The translations under genes and the position numbers were made by a program. The notes beneath the pieces are model-generated. The model was not told where the DNA came from. It did no database searches and worked only from the letters and a program-made list of their open reading frames with translations. From Antechinus flavipes (Eukaryota), in the NCBI RefSeq assembly GCF_016432865.1, contig NC_067401.1, positions 205,716,001 to 205,780,000 of the forward strand: 64,000 bases of DNA, read 5' to 3'. Within the stretch, counting starts at the first letter, position 1. The number at the start of each line of letters is the position of its first letter. This document shows positions 43,878 through 55,700 of this stretch, piece after piece.

Positions 43878-44110
43878 ACGTTGTTTTGTTGTCTCTGTCA
43901 CAACGTTTTGTGATCCCATTTAGGGTCTTTTTGGCAGATACTAGAATGGTTTGCCTCTTCCTTCTCCAGCTCATTTTATAAATGGGAAAACCAAGGCAAT
44001 CAGAGTTAAGTGACTTACCCAGGGTTACACAACTAGAGTTTGAAGCTAAATTTGAACTCATCTTCCTGACTCCAGACCCAGTGGTCTTATCAACTTTGCC
44101 ACCTAGGTAC
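43878..44110 (-). mobile_element. MAR1-like SINE
   Basis: gtgatcccatttagggtctttttggcagatactagaatggtttgcc...gccacctaggtacct. Confidence 0.75.
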
Positions 44111-45689
44111 CTTCTGTTAAAGAACTGGAGACTGGCACATGTTACCATAGTAATCTGTGGAATCTTGGTGGCAGAAAGGAGAGATAGACTTTAAAGGATG
44201 CGTCCATCTTTCTAGAGTGGTTTAGGCGAAGTTCTCAGAGCTCCAGGGGAGAGGAAAGATCAGGTGGATTTCTGAAGTCCTTTCTAACTTGAGGAGTTTG
44301 GGCCTGGAGATTTAAGTTATCCAAAAGTGAATTTTGTCCATCCTCCATGAAAGAAGCAGAGCTCTACCTGAAAACTTAGCCTAGATCCAAAAAGATCCAA
44401 AGATCAACAGTTTTCTCTGAAAATGGAGCTCTTGGCCTAAGAACAGTGCATGTGGAAGGTCATGGGTGACTACAGGTTCCTGCTTGCTGTGTTCTTCCAC
44501 ATTCCAAGCCAGTACAGCATGCTGGGATTTGTAGGCAACTAAGTTCTTTGTTTTCCAAAGTTTTTGCTGTTAACAACTGTCAGGTAAGTAGTAGATGAGG
44601 AAACCAAGGGTCACAAAACAGAACTGGAGCTGAGTTCTAATTCCCAAGTCTAGAACTTTATCAAATATATCATCCTGCTAAATTGAAGAAGTGGGGACAT
44701 GGGTGGGGGGAACCTTTTTACTAAATTCTTTCTCATTCTTCCTCATACTCTACATGTCCCTCTTGTCAAACTTAATTCAAAATTCATGGCCTCTAGAAAG
44801 TGATCCCTGAATAAAGCACAATTTGTTGTAATACTTTCTTTGCTTAATGCCATTTCTATGTGAATATAATCTGTTTTTCATTGATATGTAATATATACTG
44901 TATATGAACACATACTCACCCTTATTTACTTATTTTTATTCCCAAATATTCTCAGACCTTTTTTTTTTTAAATTTGAGAATGTTCTTTTATACAATATAT
45001 CTTCTATTTAAATCTGTTGTGTGCCATACAAAGGTTTTATCCACATTGGTGAGTCAGAAGGTAGGTTGAAGAAATCTTTGCCCCTTCTAAGGGAGGATTG
45101 GTATCAAGTAGGGAAATCTTAACTTTGCTGGGTGATCCTGGGAAAATCATTTTCTCATTTGTAAAACAAGATGTTTGTACTAGAGAATCTCTAACCTCCT
45201 TTCGGCTTTAAAATTTCACACCTCTCCCACCCACCATTCTAGAATATTCAGATTTTCCTTGCTCATTAGTTCATCATAGTTTGACCATGCTGTTGATGGA
45301 TTGTTTACAGTGATTTATATTGTCGAAACCAATTAAACTCCATAAACATTTATTAAGCACCTGTTATATCCAATATCCTGAGTCCATTCTATGTTCTTTC
45401 GTGACCCAGAGTCTGATTGAAGAAAGGATAGTTAGCACCAACCTCGTTCTTGCCTTTGAACCGAGCATCTAGGGGCCAGAGTACCCAGAGCATGGTTGGG
45501 GGAGGTGTTCAGGGAGAGGTGATAATTTGTGTATTCTGTCATAGGGAATAAATAATTCCTGTCAGGCAGGCCCTCTATGGTAGGCAGTTCTTGTGGAAGG
45601 AATCTTTGCTCCTTCAAAGAAGGAGCTTTGTCCTGTATAGAAGTAAGCTCATTTGTCTAGGCCAGGTTCCTCCCCTGTTTTTTGTGGCT

Positions 45690-45880
45690 ATCCCATCTTG
45701 GGCAGTCAGATGAAACCTCTGTGTCCTTAGAAATTTTTAAAAAGTCATAATTCAAGGGAATACTAAATTTCAGAGAGATTAGTGATAATAAAATTTGAAT
45801 TCTTTTCCCACCCAAGTTCATGGATCCCTGGAATTTATTCAAGTACCCTGTGTACCCCAGGTTGAGAACTCTAGGTCTAA
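45690..45880. mobile_element. Putative non-autonomous hAT-like element (related copies at ~55960-56160 and ~60105-60370)
   Basis: Shared core (aaggaaat.c.aaatttcag...aataaa...ttt.cc....caagtt.atgga.ccc) and an ...aggttgagaac end; family not assigned. Confidence 0.45.
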
Positions 45881-46234
45881 CAGTAGGTTGAGGAGGGCTG
45901 GGTGGCACTTGCTAAGGCTTCATGGGAACCCTAGACAGGTGGTGTGGCCAGGATAATGAGGTCTTTGTGCCCCACTTTGGGATTCGAGGTTCTTTTCAGC
46001 AGCTGCCAATAGAGCCAGCCACCCACCCACCCACCAGTCTAGCAACCCTAAAAATGAAAAAGGAAATCAGGACTAGTGCTACAGCCAGCTTGTAAGAGCA
46101 AATCGATGGATCTGTTTGGCTAATTTAACAGATTAAACCAAATTGTTCAAGCGACAATTTAAAAAATGCCAAATTTGTAAGCAGTTTTGCAAGCTTCTGA
46201 TGTGAGTGCCTCCCCCCACCTCTCTCACACACTC

Positions 46235-46235
<1 letters not shown>

Positions 46236-46298
<63 letters not shown>
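46236..46298. repeat. (AC)~31 microsatellite
   Basis: Perfect AC run. Confidence 0.97.
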
Positions 46299-46300
<2 letters not shown>

Positions 46301-47189
46301 GGTGGGGATGGGGAGCGGCACTCTGGAGAGAGGGATGCTGGGGCTCTGGAACAACCCTGGGGGCTTGGAAGAGGTTTTTTTTTTTTTTTTTTCTTTCCTA
46401 AATTCCTTCTTAAAACAAAAGGCTCTTATTTAGTAAACACCAGCACACACCTCCGGGAAGGAGTTTCTCCAGTCATTCCCGGTTGATCGAAAACTTCACT
46501 TTCTTCTTCCGGTCCCCTTTCCTTGAGTTGCTTTGTTTCGTAGGTGTCATTTTGGGATGAGTGGGTGGGATTCTCTCTGTGTATTTCTGTTGTCTTTTTA
46601 CAGCCCTGGAGGTCCTGTAGGGAAAGATGATTCCGCCCTGTCTGCTTCAGCACTTCTCCGCTAATTGCTTCCTTACCTTTATTGACCAACAGGCTTGGAA
46701 GCTTTCTTTTTAGAATATTTTCCGAGCCACTGAGGAGGCTGCTAAGTGGATCTCTGTTGTATCTCTGGGGCTGCGCCCAGGACGAGTCTCTACTTGGGAC
46801 TTCAGCATAGGACCTTGTTTGACAAGCTCCAGAAGCCTGTCTGGGAGGAAAGGGGTGGGGGGTGGCCCAGGAAATGGGGGGGGAGGGAAAGGAGTTTAGC
46901 CAAGCGGGAGAGTAAATCTTGGGTTACTTATGTTTGTCTCCCCATGAGTCTGGGTTGCTTTTGCCTCTTTTCTCGCTCCAGTTCCAGATCAAAACACTCT
47001 CCTTAGGGAATAGGGAAATACCTCTCCTGATAGTGCAACCAGTGAGTAAACAGTGGAGGCCCCTGGCTGTGTTGGAAGGAGCAGAGCTGGAATGCAGAAC
47101 ATTTCATTTTAGGGCTGGACTTGGGTTTCTACTTCTTTCGATATTTGCAAATTTGAAACAAATGCCCTCATTTAGCAGCAGGCAGGCTG

Positions 47190-47561
47190 GGCTATAAACA
47201 GGGGCTGTTTATGGGCGTTTATGGTAGTCACAGGTATTTGTGAGAGACCCCATCAGGTCTAGGAAAGGGAGGGTTTATGGCTAGGTGGGCCGGAGAGACA
47301 GGGAGAGATTCCAGCCAGGTCTCCGGTGGAAGGTTGTTGTGAGGTGGGTGATGCCATAAAAATAATTACAACCTCCTAACCCCCAGGAAGGAGCCCCTTC
47401 TGGAGGACAAAAGGATTGGGATAGGGCTGGCCCCTGGAAGGCTGGGACTTGGGGGGGGGGGGTTTCTTCCCCCATAGCAGGCAAGCAGCCTAAGGTATCC
47501 GGTTTCCCGTGTGTCCGCCTCTTCCCAGGACCAGTAATGACCATTAAATGTATTTTATGAC
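47190..47561. promoter_or_regulatory. Candidate CDX/posterior-HOX enhancer in PTK7 intron 1
   Basis: TTTATGG at 47208, 47218, 47274; reverse CCATAAA at 47354; CTATAAA at 47192; TTTTATGAC at 47553. Confidence 0.5.
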
Positions 47562-49103
47562 TCTGGATTTAGAATCAATTGATGCTAGTCCCTTTCTTAG
47601 TCTTTAGGGGTTTAGGACTGGGAGGAAGAAGTTTGGATCCTCATTTTTTGTTTCTTCCCATTTTGATTTCTAAAAGGGATATTTTTGAAGTTATACCTGA
47701 AGTATGACCCTCTTATTTAAGATCAGTCAAGTGTGCTGTCTTTCAGTGGGGGCAAACAAACTGCAACAGTTTTGAACTACAGTTAAGAGTCAAAAGCTTC
47801 TAGCTGGAAAGAACCTTAGGGCATCTAATCTAAACTCCCTCTCATTTACAGATGAAGAGATAGAATGGAGAGGTTAAGTAATTGCCCAGACTCACACAGG
47901 TTTCCGAAGTTGTTTCTCATCCCACTCCCCACTCCCCTCCCATATGGATAGTCTCAGATGAACACCATAATCCTGATATTAATTAATATTTACCATTTTT
48001 CACCTTTGAGAATTAATAATTTAAATAAAAACTTTTCACTGTAGCAATTACAAAGCAAATATCACTTCCTTTCACAGTGGTTACATTGTAGTCAACATAG
48101 AGGTACTTCTGACCTCCAAAGAGAATTCTGAGACTTCCCACTCTTGACTTTTTCTTAACTATTTTTCTCGACTCTTTTCACCATTTGAATTCCTACCCAT
48201 CCTTTAAAGTCGGATTCAAATACCTCCTCCTGCAGGAAGCCTTCCTTCATCTCTCCCTGAGATTACTTATTCCTATAAAAACTGAATCTGTGATTTTATT
48301 GGAGCCCTCCAGTGAGGACCCTTCCTCTGTCTATTAGCACTTTCTCGTGCAATTTTTTGTCTCAAGAGTTATCCAGAGTATTGAGAATTAAGTAATTTGT
48401 ATATGTCAGAGACCAAATCTGAAGCTAGTTTTCCTGTCTCTGCGACCATCTGATCACATCTCTTGCCTTTTATTGTGTGTGTTGTATAATGAATACTGTT
48501 CATGTCATTGCCTACTAGCCTGGGTTACATTGAAATCAGGGACTTAAACTTTCTTTCCCTCCCAGTATCCAACACAGTAACTTCACATTGAGCACAATTT
48601 ATCATAGAAATATTTATTCTTCTCCCTTTTAAATGTTCTTTCCCCACTTTATTTGTGGAAAGAAGACTAGAACTTCTAGAACACACACTAAGCTCTAGAA
48701 ATACAGAGCCTCATGGGCTGCCAAGGGCTGGGTTGGGCCCTGGTTGCTTGGGACAGGAGGGAAGGCTGGATTAAACTGTGTGTTGAGTGAATTTGAGCTG
48801 AGCTTTCTGAGAGTGTCTCTTTTGCCCTCCTCCCTGAGGCAGCATGTAGATCTTGTTCTGAGGATAATTAAATGCTGTATGGGGACACCAGAATCACTCT
48901 CTCTCCATTAGTTAGTTATCTTGTCTTCCCCAGGGTCCACATTGAGGTTCTAAGAAGTAGCAGCTTTGTATTTAGTTGAGATTGGTTTGTTTGACCTGAG
49001 ATATTGGCATTTCAGAAGGAGATGTTTTTCTTTGTGGATAGATTCCAAGATCTGAATGATCCCCGGTATTTTTTCCCCCTTAGATTGTAGCATGGATCCA
49101 TTT

Positions 49104-49264
49104 TTTAAAAAATTATAACTTTTTAATGACAGAACCCATGCCTGTGTAATTTTTTACAACATTATCCCTTGCACTCACTTCTGTTCCGATTTTTCCCTTC
49201 CCTCCCTCCACCCCCTCCCCTAGATGGCAAGCAGTCCTATACATGTTAAATATGTTATAGTGTA
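49104..49264 (-). mobile_element. Short LINE-1 3' end with target-site duplication
   Basis: ttcccttccctccctccaccccctcccctagatggcaagcagtc...catgttaaata; flanks atggatccattt (49092-49103) and atggatctattt (49265-49276). Confidence 0.8.
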
Positions 49265-52089
49265 ATGGATCTATTTCTTAAGCCTCTTGAATGTCCACCT
49301 CTACTTCCTGGATACCTCACCTATCTCTGCCTTGCAGTTAGTTACAGCTCTAGCTTTTTCCCCTGGAAGGGTGTGCCAGTTCAGGCCAGCCTTGGTGTGG
49401 AGGAGGTCTCTGACTCATTATCAGATCAAGCACTTAGCTCTGACTGCCGAGCCCTGGGGGGCTGGTAGCCTGGGCCTGATAGCTTGTGAAGTAGGAATGT
49501 GGGGAGGTCTTTCTCTCCTCCCTTTCCCCTGGGAATGTTGGGGAGATGAATAAAGTATTGTAGGTTAGGGCTTTTAACTGCCGGGAAGAAAGGTGTCAGA
49601 GATTTCCTCGGAGGTCTGTCTCCCTCTCCATTCTAGCCAGTTTCCTGCTACCCTTTGATATACTAGTAAAGGCATTTTTAGTGGGCTATTTTGAGGCAGA
49701 ACCCTTAAGCCTTGATGTGAAATGCCTGCATCTGGGGGAAGCGGTTCCTTTCCACCCTGGGGCAGTGGGGGGGGGGGTGTCGAGGAGGTAATGAAGCTTC
49801 AAGGACTCTGATCACATCTCCTCAGCTGTATAAATGCCTACTATGTGCTGAGCAGTCGTGGAGCAGGCTCTTGGGAACTAGATTGCATTCCTTGAGTTCT
49901 GCTGACTTCTTGGTTTGGCTCTAGTTCATTCCTTTGGTCTCCCTACCCCAACCCCCCATCCTTTGATGCCTTGTTTACATCTATGGCCAGAAAAATTTGG
50001 ACGGGATTTGTAAGGACTTAACTGGGTCTCTTTCCAATTGCTACCCTCATAGGTGGAAACTGTGGCAGTTGAATTAATTGCTGGCTGGTAGGATCATGGT
50101 GAGCTGTTGATCAGGTTGACAAGCTAACAAACTCCCCTGAGCCTCAAGTTGGAAATGTGTTAGCTGAAGGTTGCTCTTATGTGCCTGGCAAATTGCTTTT
50201 TCCCCTCTGCCCAAGGAGAATTTTGATAGGGAAAAACAAGGTGTGAATTTTTTTTTAAAATGCTGTATGTTTTCTTAGCTTTTAGTTAAGTTGGGTTTAG
50301 GTCTGTAGGCATTAGGCTCTTCAGGTAGATCCTTCTCTCTGCCTCTGTAGGGAAAAGGAGGAGGGGGTTGGTTTTGGGGAATTGGGTGATGTTTGCTGTT
50401 GAATACAGGATGTGTGGTGACTGGACTGGATGAGATCCCACCGCCCATTCAGATGCCTGTGACCAGCCCCTTTCATTAGATCAAAGCGATACCTTTTGTT
50501 TTTCCTCTGATACTCTCCACCCTGGAGCCAGAGTTGTAAAGAGCTGGAACTCGGATGGTCTCCATCTGGGCTATTGAGAGGGTCGAGGGGGTTGGGAGAT
50601 GTCATTCCCTGTGGATTTGAACTTCCTGCTAGTTGTCTGTCCCAGGCACTCAGTGCTCTTGCCAGGATTTGTCTGGCTTAGCCTGACCGGGCCCCAGCGG
50701 GCCTCATGCCATTCCTTGCCATGCTTCAGATGGGGCAGCTCCTCCCGTGCCCTGCCCGGTTTGGGTGCTAGGCTGGGGAGACAAGCCGTCCAATGTGCCT
50801 GGTTTTCACTCGGGGCTACATGTTTTGTTGCTGAATCATTTGCATTCATTTAAAGTAGTGGAGGGTGAGTTGATATTTCAGGCTTCAGTACTGGATTGCT
50901 AGAGGATTTCTTTTCTGTCTTTAGACCTCATTAAGAATTCCGAGGGCAGCAGTATGGGGTCTGTAACTGCTCGCCCATTCAAAGCTTGCTTAACTTCTGA
51001 CTGCTTTGGGCAGAGGCCAGCTACTAAAATATGAAAACTGTTTGCCCAGCAGCCCCCAGAGTCTGGCCAGAGTGCTCTAGCCAAAGAAAACACACATTTA
51101 TAATCCATTATGGAACCTCATCCAAAGTCTTTTTACTCCTCAAAAGTCTTTGTCTTTTCTCCAGCAGTCTCCGAAGGTCTGCTAACATTTTTTTCTACGC
51201 CTACTATGTGCCAGACACTGTACTGAGCTCTGGATACAAAAAGAGGCTAAAGACAGTCCCTGCTCTCGAGGAGCTTATGAGCTAATGAGCAACTTATAAA
51301 CAATAATGTAGAAACAAAATATGAGCAAGATAAATGGGAGATTATCGGCACTAGCATTAAAAGAGACTCTTCTTGAACCTCCTTGTACGCTTAATGGTAC
51401 AACAGAAGGTACCCATCTATTCCTTTGGGTTCTTGGCATTCTGTACAAATATCATTTTGCAGCTGAGCCCAGCACAACCAATTCTCACATTGTCTGGGTC
51501 TAGAAATGCACATCTCATGCATCTTGAGTCCACCCATCAGCTCTTTGTCAGTTGATGGAGAGCACGTTTCATTTTTGGTTTTCTCCATTCATTAGAGCTC
51601 CTAAGACTTTCAAAGATATTTATCTTTACAGTGTTGTTAGTATATACATTGCTCTCTTGGTTCTGTTTATACCTCTCTGAATCAGTTCATTGAAGTCTTC
51701 CCATGTTTATCTAGAGAGGTTCAATGACTTGTTCAGGGTCACACAAGTAGAGTAAATGGCAAAGCCCAGAACCAGAGGCGGGTTCTGGGATTTAAAATTC
51801 CTTCATTCCTTCACACTATTTGTGTCTGGTATCTGGGGAAAGTATTAACCTTATCAGAAACGGATACTTCTTCTCACTTTTGTATTTGTAGAATTTGCTT
51901 TCATCTAGCTAGGTGACACAGAAGAATCAGAAAGCTCTGAGTTCATTTAACCTCTGACTTTTACTAGCTGTGCAACTCAGGGCAAGACATTTAACTTTTT
52001 TCAATCTCAGTTTCCTCGTCTGTAAAGTAGGGATGATAATGGCAATTACCAGAGGGTTGTTGTGAGAATCAATTGAGATAACATGTAGA

Positions 52090-52324
52090 AGTATTTCAAA
52101 GTCTGACTCTTTTATACAGCAAATTAACTGTTTGGACATGTATACATATATTGTATTTAACTTATACTTTAACATATTTAACATGTATTGGTCAATCTGC
52201 CATCTGGGGGAAAAGGTTGGGGGAAGGAGGGGAAAAGTTGGCACAAAAGGATTTGCAATTGTCAATGCTGTAAAATTACCTATGTATATATCTTGTAAAT
52301 AAAAAGCTATAATAAAAAAAGAGA
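52090..52324 (+). mobile_element. LINE-1 3' end nested in a MIR, with 15-bp target-site duplication
   Basis: Same 3' UTR type as 21985-22427; flanks gagataacatgtaga (52075-52089) and gagataacaggtaga (52325-52339); host MIR runs from ~51950. Confidence 0.85.
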
Positions 52325-53144
52325 GAGATAACAGGTAGAGCACTGCATAAGGGCCAGTTATTATGTCCTAATATAACGAATATTAGGAACAACATGGAAT
52401 TTCTTTGAAAAAGAAATAGGATTTCTTTTTTTAAAAAGTTGATGCAGAGATAGAATGCTGAACTTTGATTTTAAAAGATCTCAGCTTATGTATCTGGAGG
52501 CCGAAGTAAAGATATATTGCTTAGCATTTTGCTAACCTGTTGCTATCTGAATATACCCAGAACTTGTAGTCCATGTCTAGTCACTCCTTTGAAACACGTT
52601 TCTATGAATAAATTGGCAGCAGGTTTCACAAATAAACCTGCAAGGGCAGAAGAACAACTTCTTTAAATACTGAGCAGACCCCATTTGTATCTTCTGATCT
52701 GCCTCTATACCTCCTTCCTCAATAATAATCATAGTAGCTCCCATTTATATAGTGCTTAAAATATTTTACGTGGATTATCTCATCTGATCCTCACAATCCT
52801 GGGAAGTATCTACTAGCATTCTTTTACAGATAGAAATTTAGGCTTAGAGAGACTTACCCAGAATTATAGAGCAAGTCTTGAAGGGGGTAGAGTCAAACCT
52901 GGGTCTTCTTGTCTCCAGTCCCAGCACTTTATGCCCTATTTTATCCCAGATCACTACTGAAGACTTGATTACATTTTTTCTGGTGCTTACCTGCCTTTGT
53001 GATCTTTGGCAAGTCATTTTACTTTCCAATGACTCAATTTCCTTCTTTGTAAAATGAGGACCTTGAGCTCCATAGATCATCTTTGGGATTCCTTTCAGAT
53101 CTAGAGAGGATCCTACTGACCTTTTATGTAGACATATGAGGTGG

Positions 53145-53345
53145 ACAGCTAGGTGACACAATGAACAGAGCACCAGGCTGAGAGTCAGGAAAACTTATCT
53201 TCCCGAGGCAAATCACTTAGTCCTGTTTGCCTCAGTTTCCTCATCTGTAAAATGAGCTGGGAAAGGAAATGGCAAACCACTCCAGTATCTTTGCCAAGAA
53301 AACCCCAAATGGGGTCAGGAAGAGTCGGATACCATTGAACAACTA
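53145..53345 (+). mobile_element. MAR1-like SINE
   Basis: Near-intact tail aaggaaatggcaaaccactccagtatctttgccaagaaaaccccaaatggggtcaggaagagtcggatac. Confidence 0.85.
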
Positions 53346-53869
53346 TAACAGCAATGTGGTAGATAGTGTAGTAGGCAGTGAGAATAGAGAGTGGAGTATG
53401 AAAAAGTTACTGTTGATAGGGTAGGGGATAATATCCCCCTCCCCCCATTTTTCAGCATGAATCTGGGTTGCACAGAAACTGAGCCCTGGCTCTCCCTATT
53501 TTGGCCCCACAACATTGGGTTCAGCATTATAGACTGGGGTAGTTTGGATGATACTAAGCGGATAAATGTGAGTGCTGAATTGCCGTATCGGGAGACATGG
53601 GACTAGTCTAAGGTGATTCCTTGTGGAAGCCAGGTTCTTTTTTGGGCAGTTTCATTTAAGCACATGATAAGATAAGATACTACCACTATAAACAATAGAG
53701 GCCTGGATTTTTCACGGAAGGTTCAGAAGAGGGACAAATTAGAAGGGACATTGACAGCTGGGAAGTTTGTCTGAAGAAGGGGGGAGGGTGAGTCTGAGTC
53801 ACACCATTTATTCCTGGAATTCCTGGAATACTCAGCCTCTCCATCTCCATTTCTTGGTTTCTCTGGCTT

Positions 53870-54115
53870 TCTTCAAGTCCCAGCTAAAATGCAACTTTCT
53901 TTGAGAGTCTTCTGATAGTTACCTCCATTCTAGAGCTTCCTTTCTGAGGTTATCTCCTATTTTTCCTGTCTGCATTTTGTTTTTCATTGTTGTTTGCAGT
54001 TTTTAGTCTCCCTACCTTAGACTTTGAGCACTTTGAGACCAGGGATTGTCTTTTGCCTTTCTATGTCCAGTGTTTAGCATAGTGCCTGGCACTTAGTAAA
54101 TGCTAGTTTATTGAC
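53870..54115 (+). mobile_element. LINE-2 3' end
   Basis: cttagactttgagcac...gggattgtcttttgcc...gcatagtgcctggcacttagtaaatgct. Confidence 0.65.
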
Positions 54116-55489
54116 TACACAAGAAGTTTTTAATTATAATTTTTTATTGCTAACCAGAATGTGTAGCTTTCCCTCTTTCCTCATTTATATTTAATATTTA
54201 CTTGAGGAATTAAAATTAGTTTTAATATTAATATATTTAAATTGATCTTAAAGGTAAATCTACTGCAAAAGAAAAGCCAGCCCTACACATGATATGTTTG
54301 AACACTCAGAATGAATGATTTAATTGCTCATTGTTTGGAATTTTCTATACTCTCCTTGCCTCCATTGGTAAGGACAACTGAAAATTGACTAACTTAAGAT
54401 TTAGAGTTGGAAAGATCCGTGCCCTTTAATTCAACAATCTTTAAATGTCTACTGTGTGCAAGACCTTAGGAGTCCCAGAGGAAGGCTTTGTTTAGATTTT
54501 TGGAGCACCTAGACAAGGGCAGCACAGAACAAGATGTGAATGAGTTGCAATCTTCACCAATGGAGGGTGTGTACCCTCATTAAGACAGTCAGGGATCCAT
54601 CAAAATCTAGTATCTGTAAGTTATTATGTGAGGTGCTTGGAATAGGAAGATAAAATACTGATATGGTCTTTGCCCAAAATTCATTTAATTTCTGCTGGGG
54701 GTTGGGATTTAAGGATCAGTCAGAGGATCTTGGGAAGAGAAGATTTACAGGGAGCATAATTGCTGTCTGCAAATATTTGAAGGCTTGTCATGTGGAAGAG
54801 GAATTAATTAACTTGGTCTGCTTGGCCCTGGAGGGTAGAACTAGCACCCAGTGAGTAGGTAGGAGTTAAGGCAAAGATTTGGTACAACATAAAGAAAAGC
54901 TTCCTAACAATTAAGACTTACACCGAAATGGCTCCTTGGTAAAGGTAGCCCCAAAAGGAAATGTGCTGTCTGGGGTGATGAGAAGCTTCTTGATACTGGC
55001 CCTGTTTGAGTAGAAGACCACTTGTCAGAATGGTTCTTATAGCAGGAGTTCATCATTTGAGTAGCAGTTTAGCTCCATGACCTACCAGTTTCTTTCTAGT
55101 CCTGAGTCAATGATTCTCTGATTTTATAATGTGTGAGACATCCTGCTTTGAGGGGTGGGGGACAGAGAATGTGCATTTGTATAAGCTCACAGATGACTTC
55201 TTGGTTTGCAGCTGTGATCATTATTTTTTGGAGCAGTCCACTTCCACTGTCACTGATGTTTTAATCCTTGCAAATTTTCTTCTTATGGAGTGTGGTGCTT
55301 GGTACTTTTTGAGAGCATTGCCAGCCCTCCAAATTCTACTTTCAATCTTTCACTATTAGTGCATCACTGAATACTGTATTTTCTAGGTAAGCACATTCTG
55401 TGATACTCATTTCATCATTCTCTATCTGCATTGACCTTCCACTTTCAGTTTATCTTCATTTACTCTGCATATATCTTATCTAGTTATTT

Positions 55490-55700
55490 GGGCAGCTAAG
55501 TGGCTCAGTGGAATGGAGCACCTTGCCCCGAGTCAGAAAGACATGAGTTTAAATAAGACCTCCAGGCAAATCACTTAAATCCTCTTTGCCTCAGTGTGCT
55601 CATCTGTAAAATAAGTTGGAGAAGAAAATGGAAATTTTTGCCAGGAAAACCAAAAATGGGATCAGGAAGAGTTTTATATGATTGAACAACAAAAACAAAT
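55490..55700 (+). mobile_element. MAR1-like SINE
   Basis: gggcagctaagtggctcagtgg...ctcatctgtaaaataagttggagaagaaaatgg...ttgccaggaaaacc. Confidence 0.75.

Noticed and set aside
46133-46486. ORFs with poly-TH or poly-VC runs
   Set aside because: Translations of the (AC)n microsatellite.
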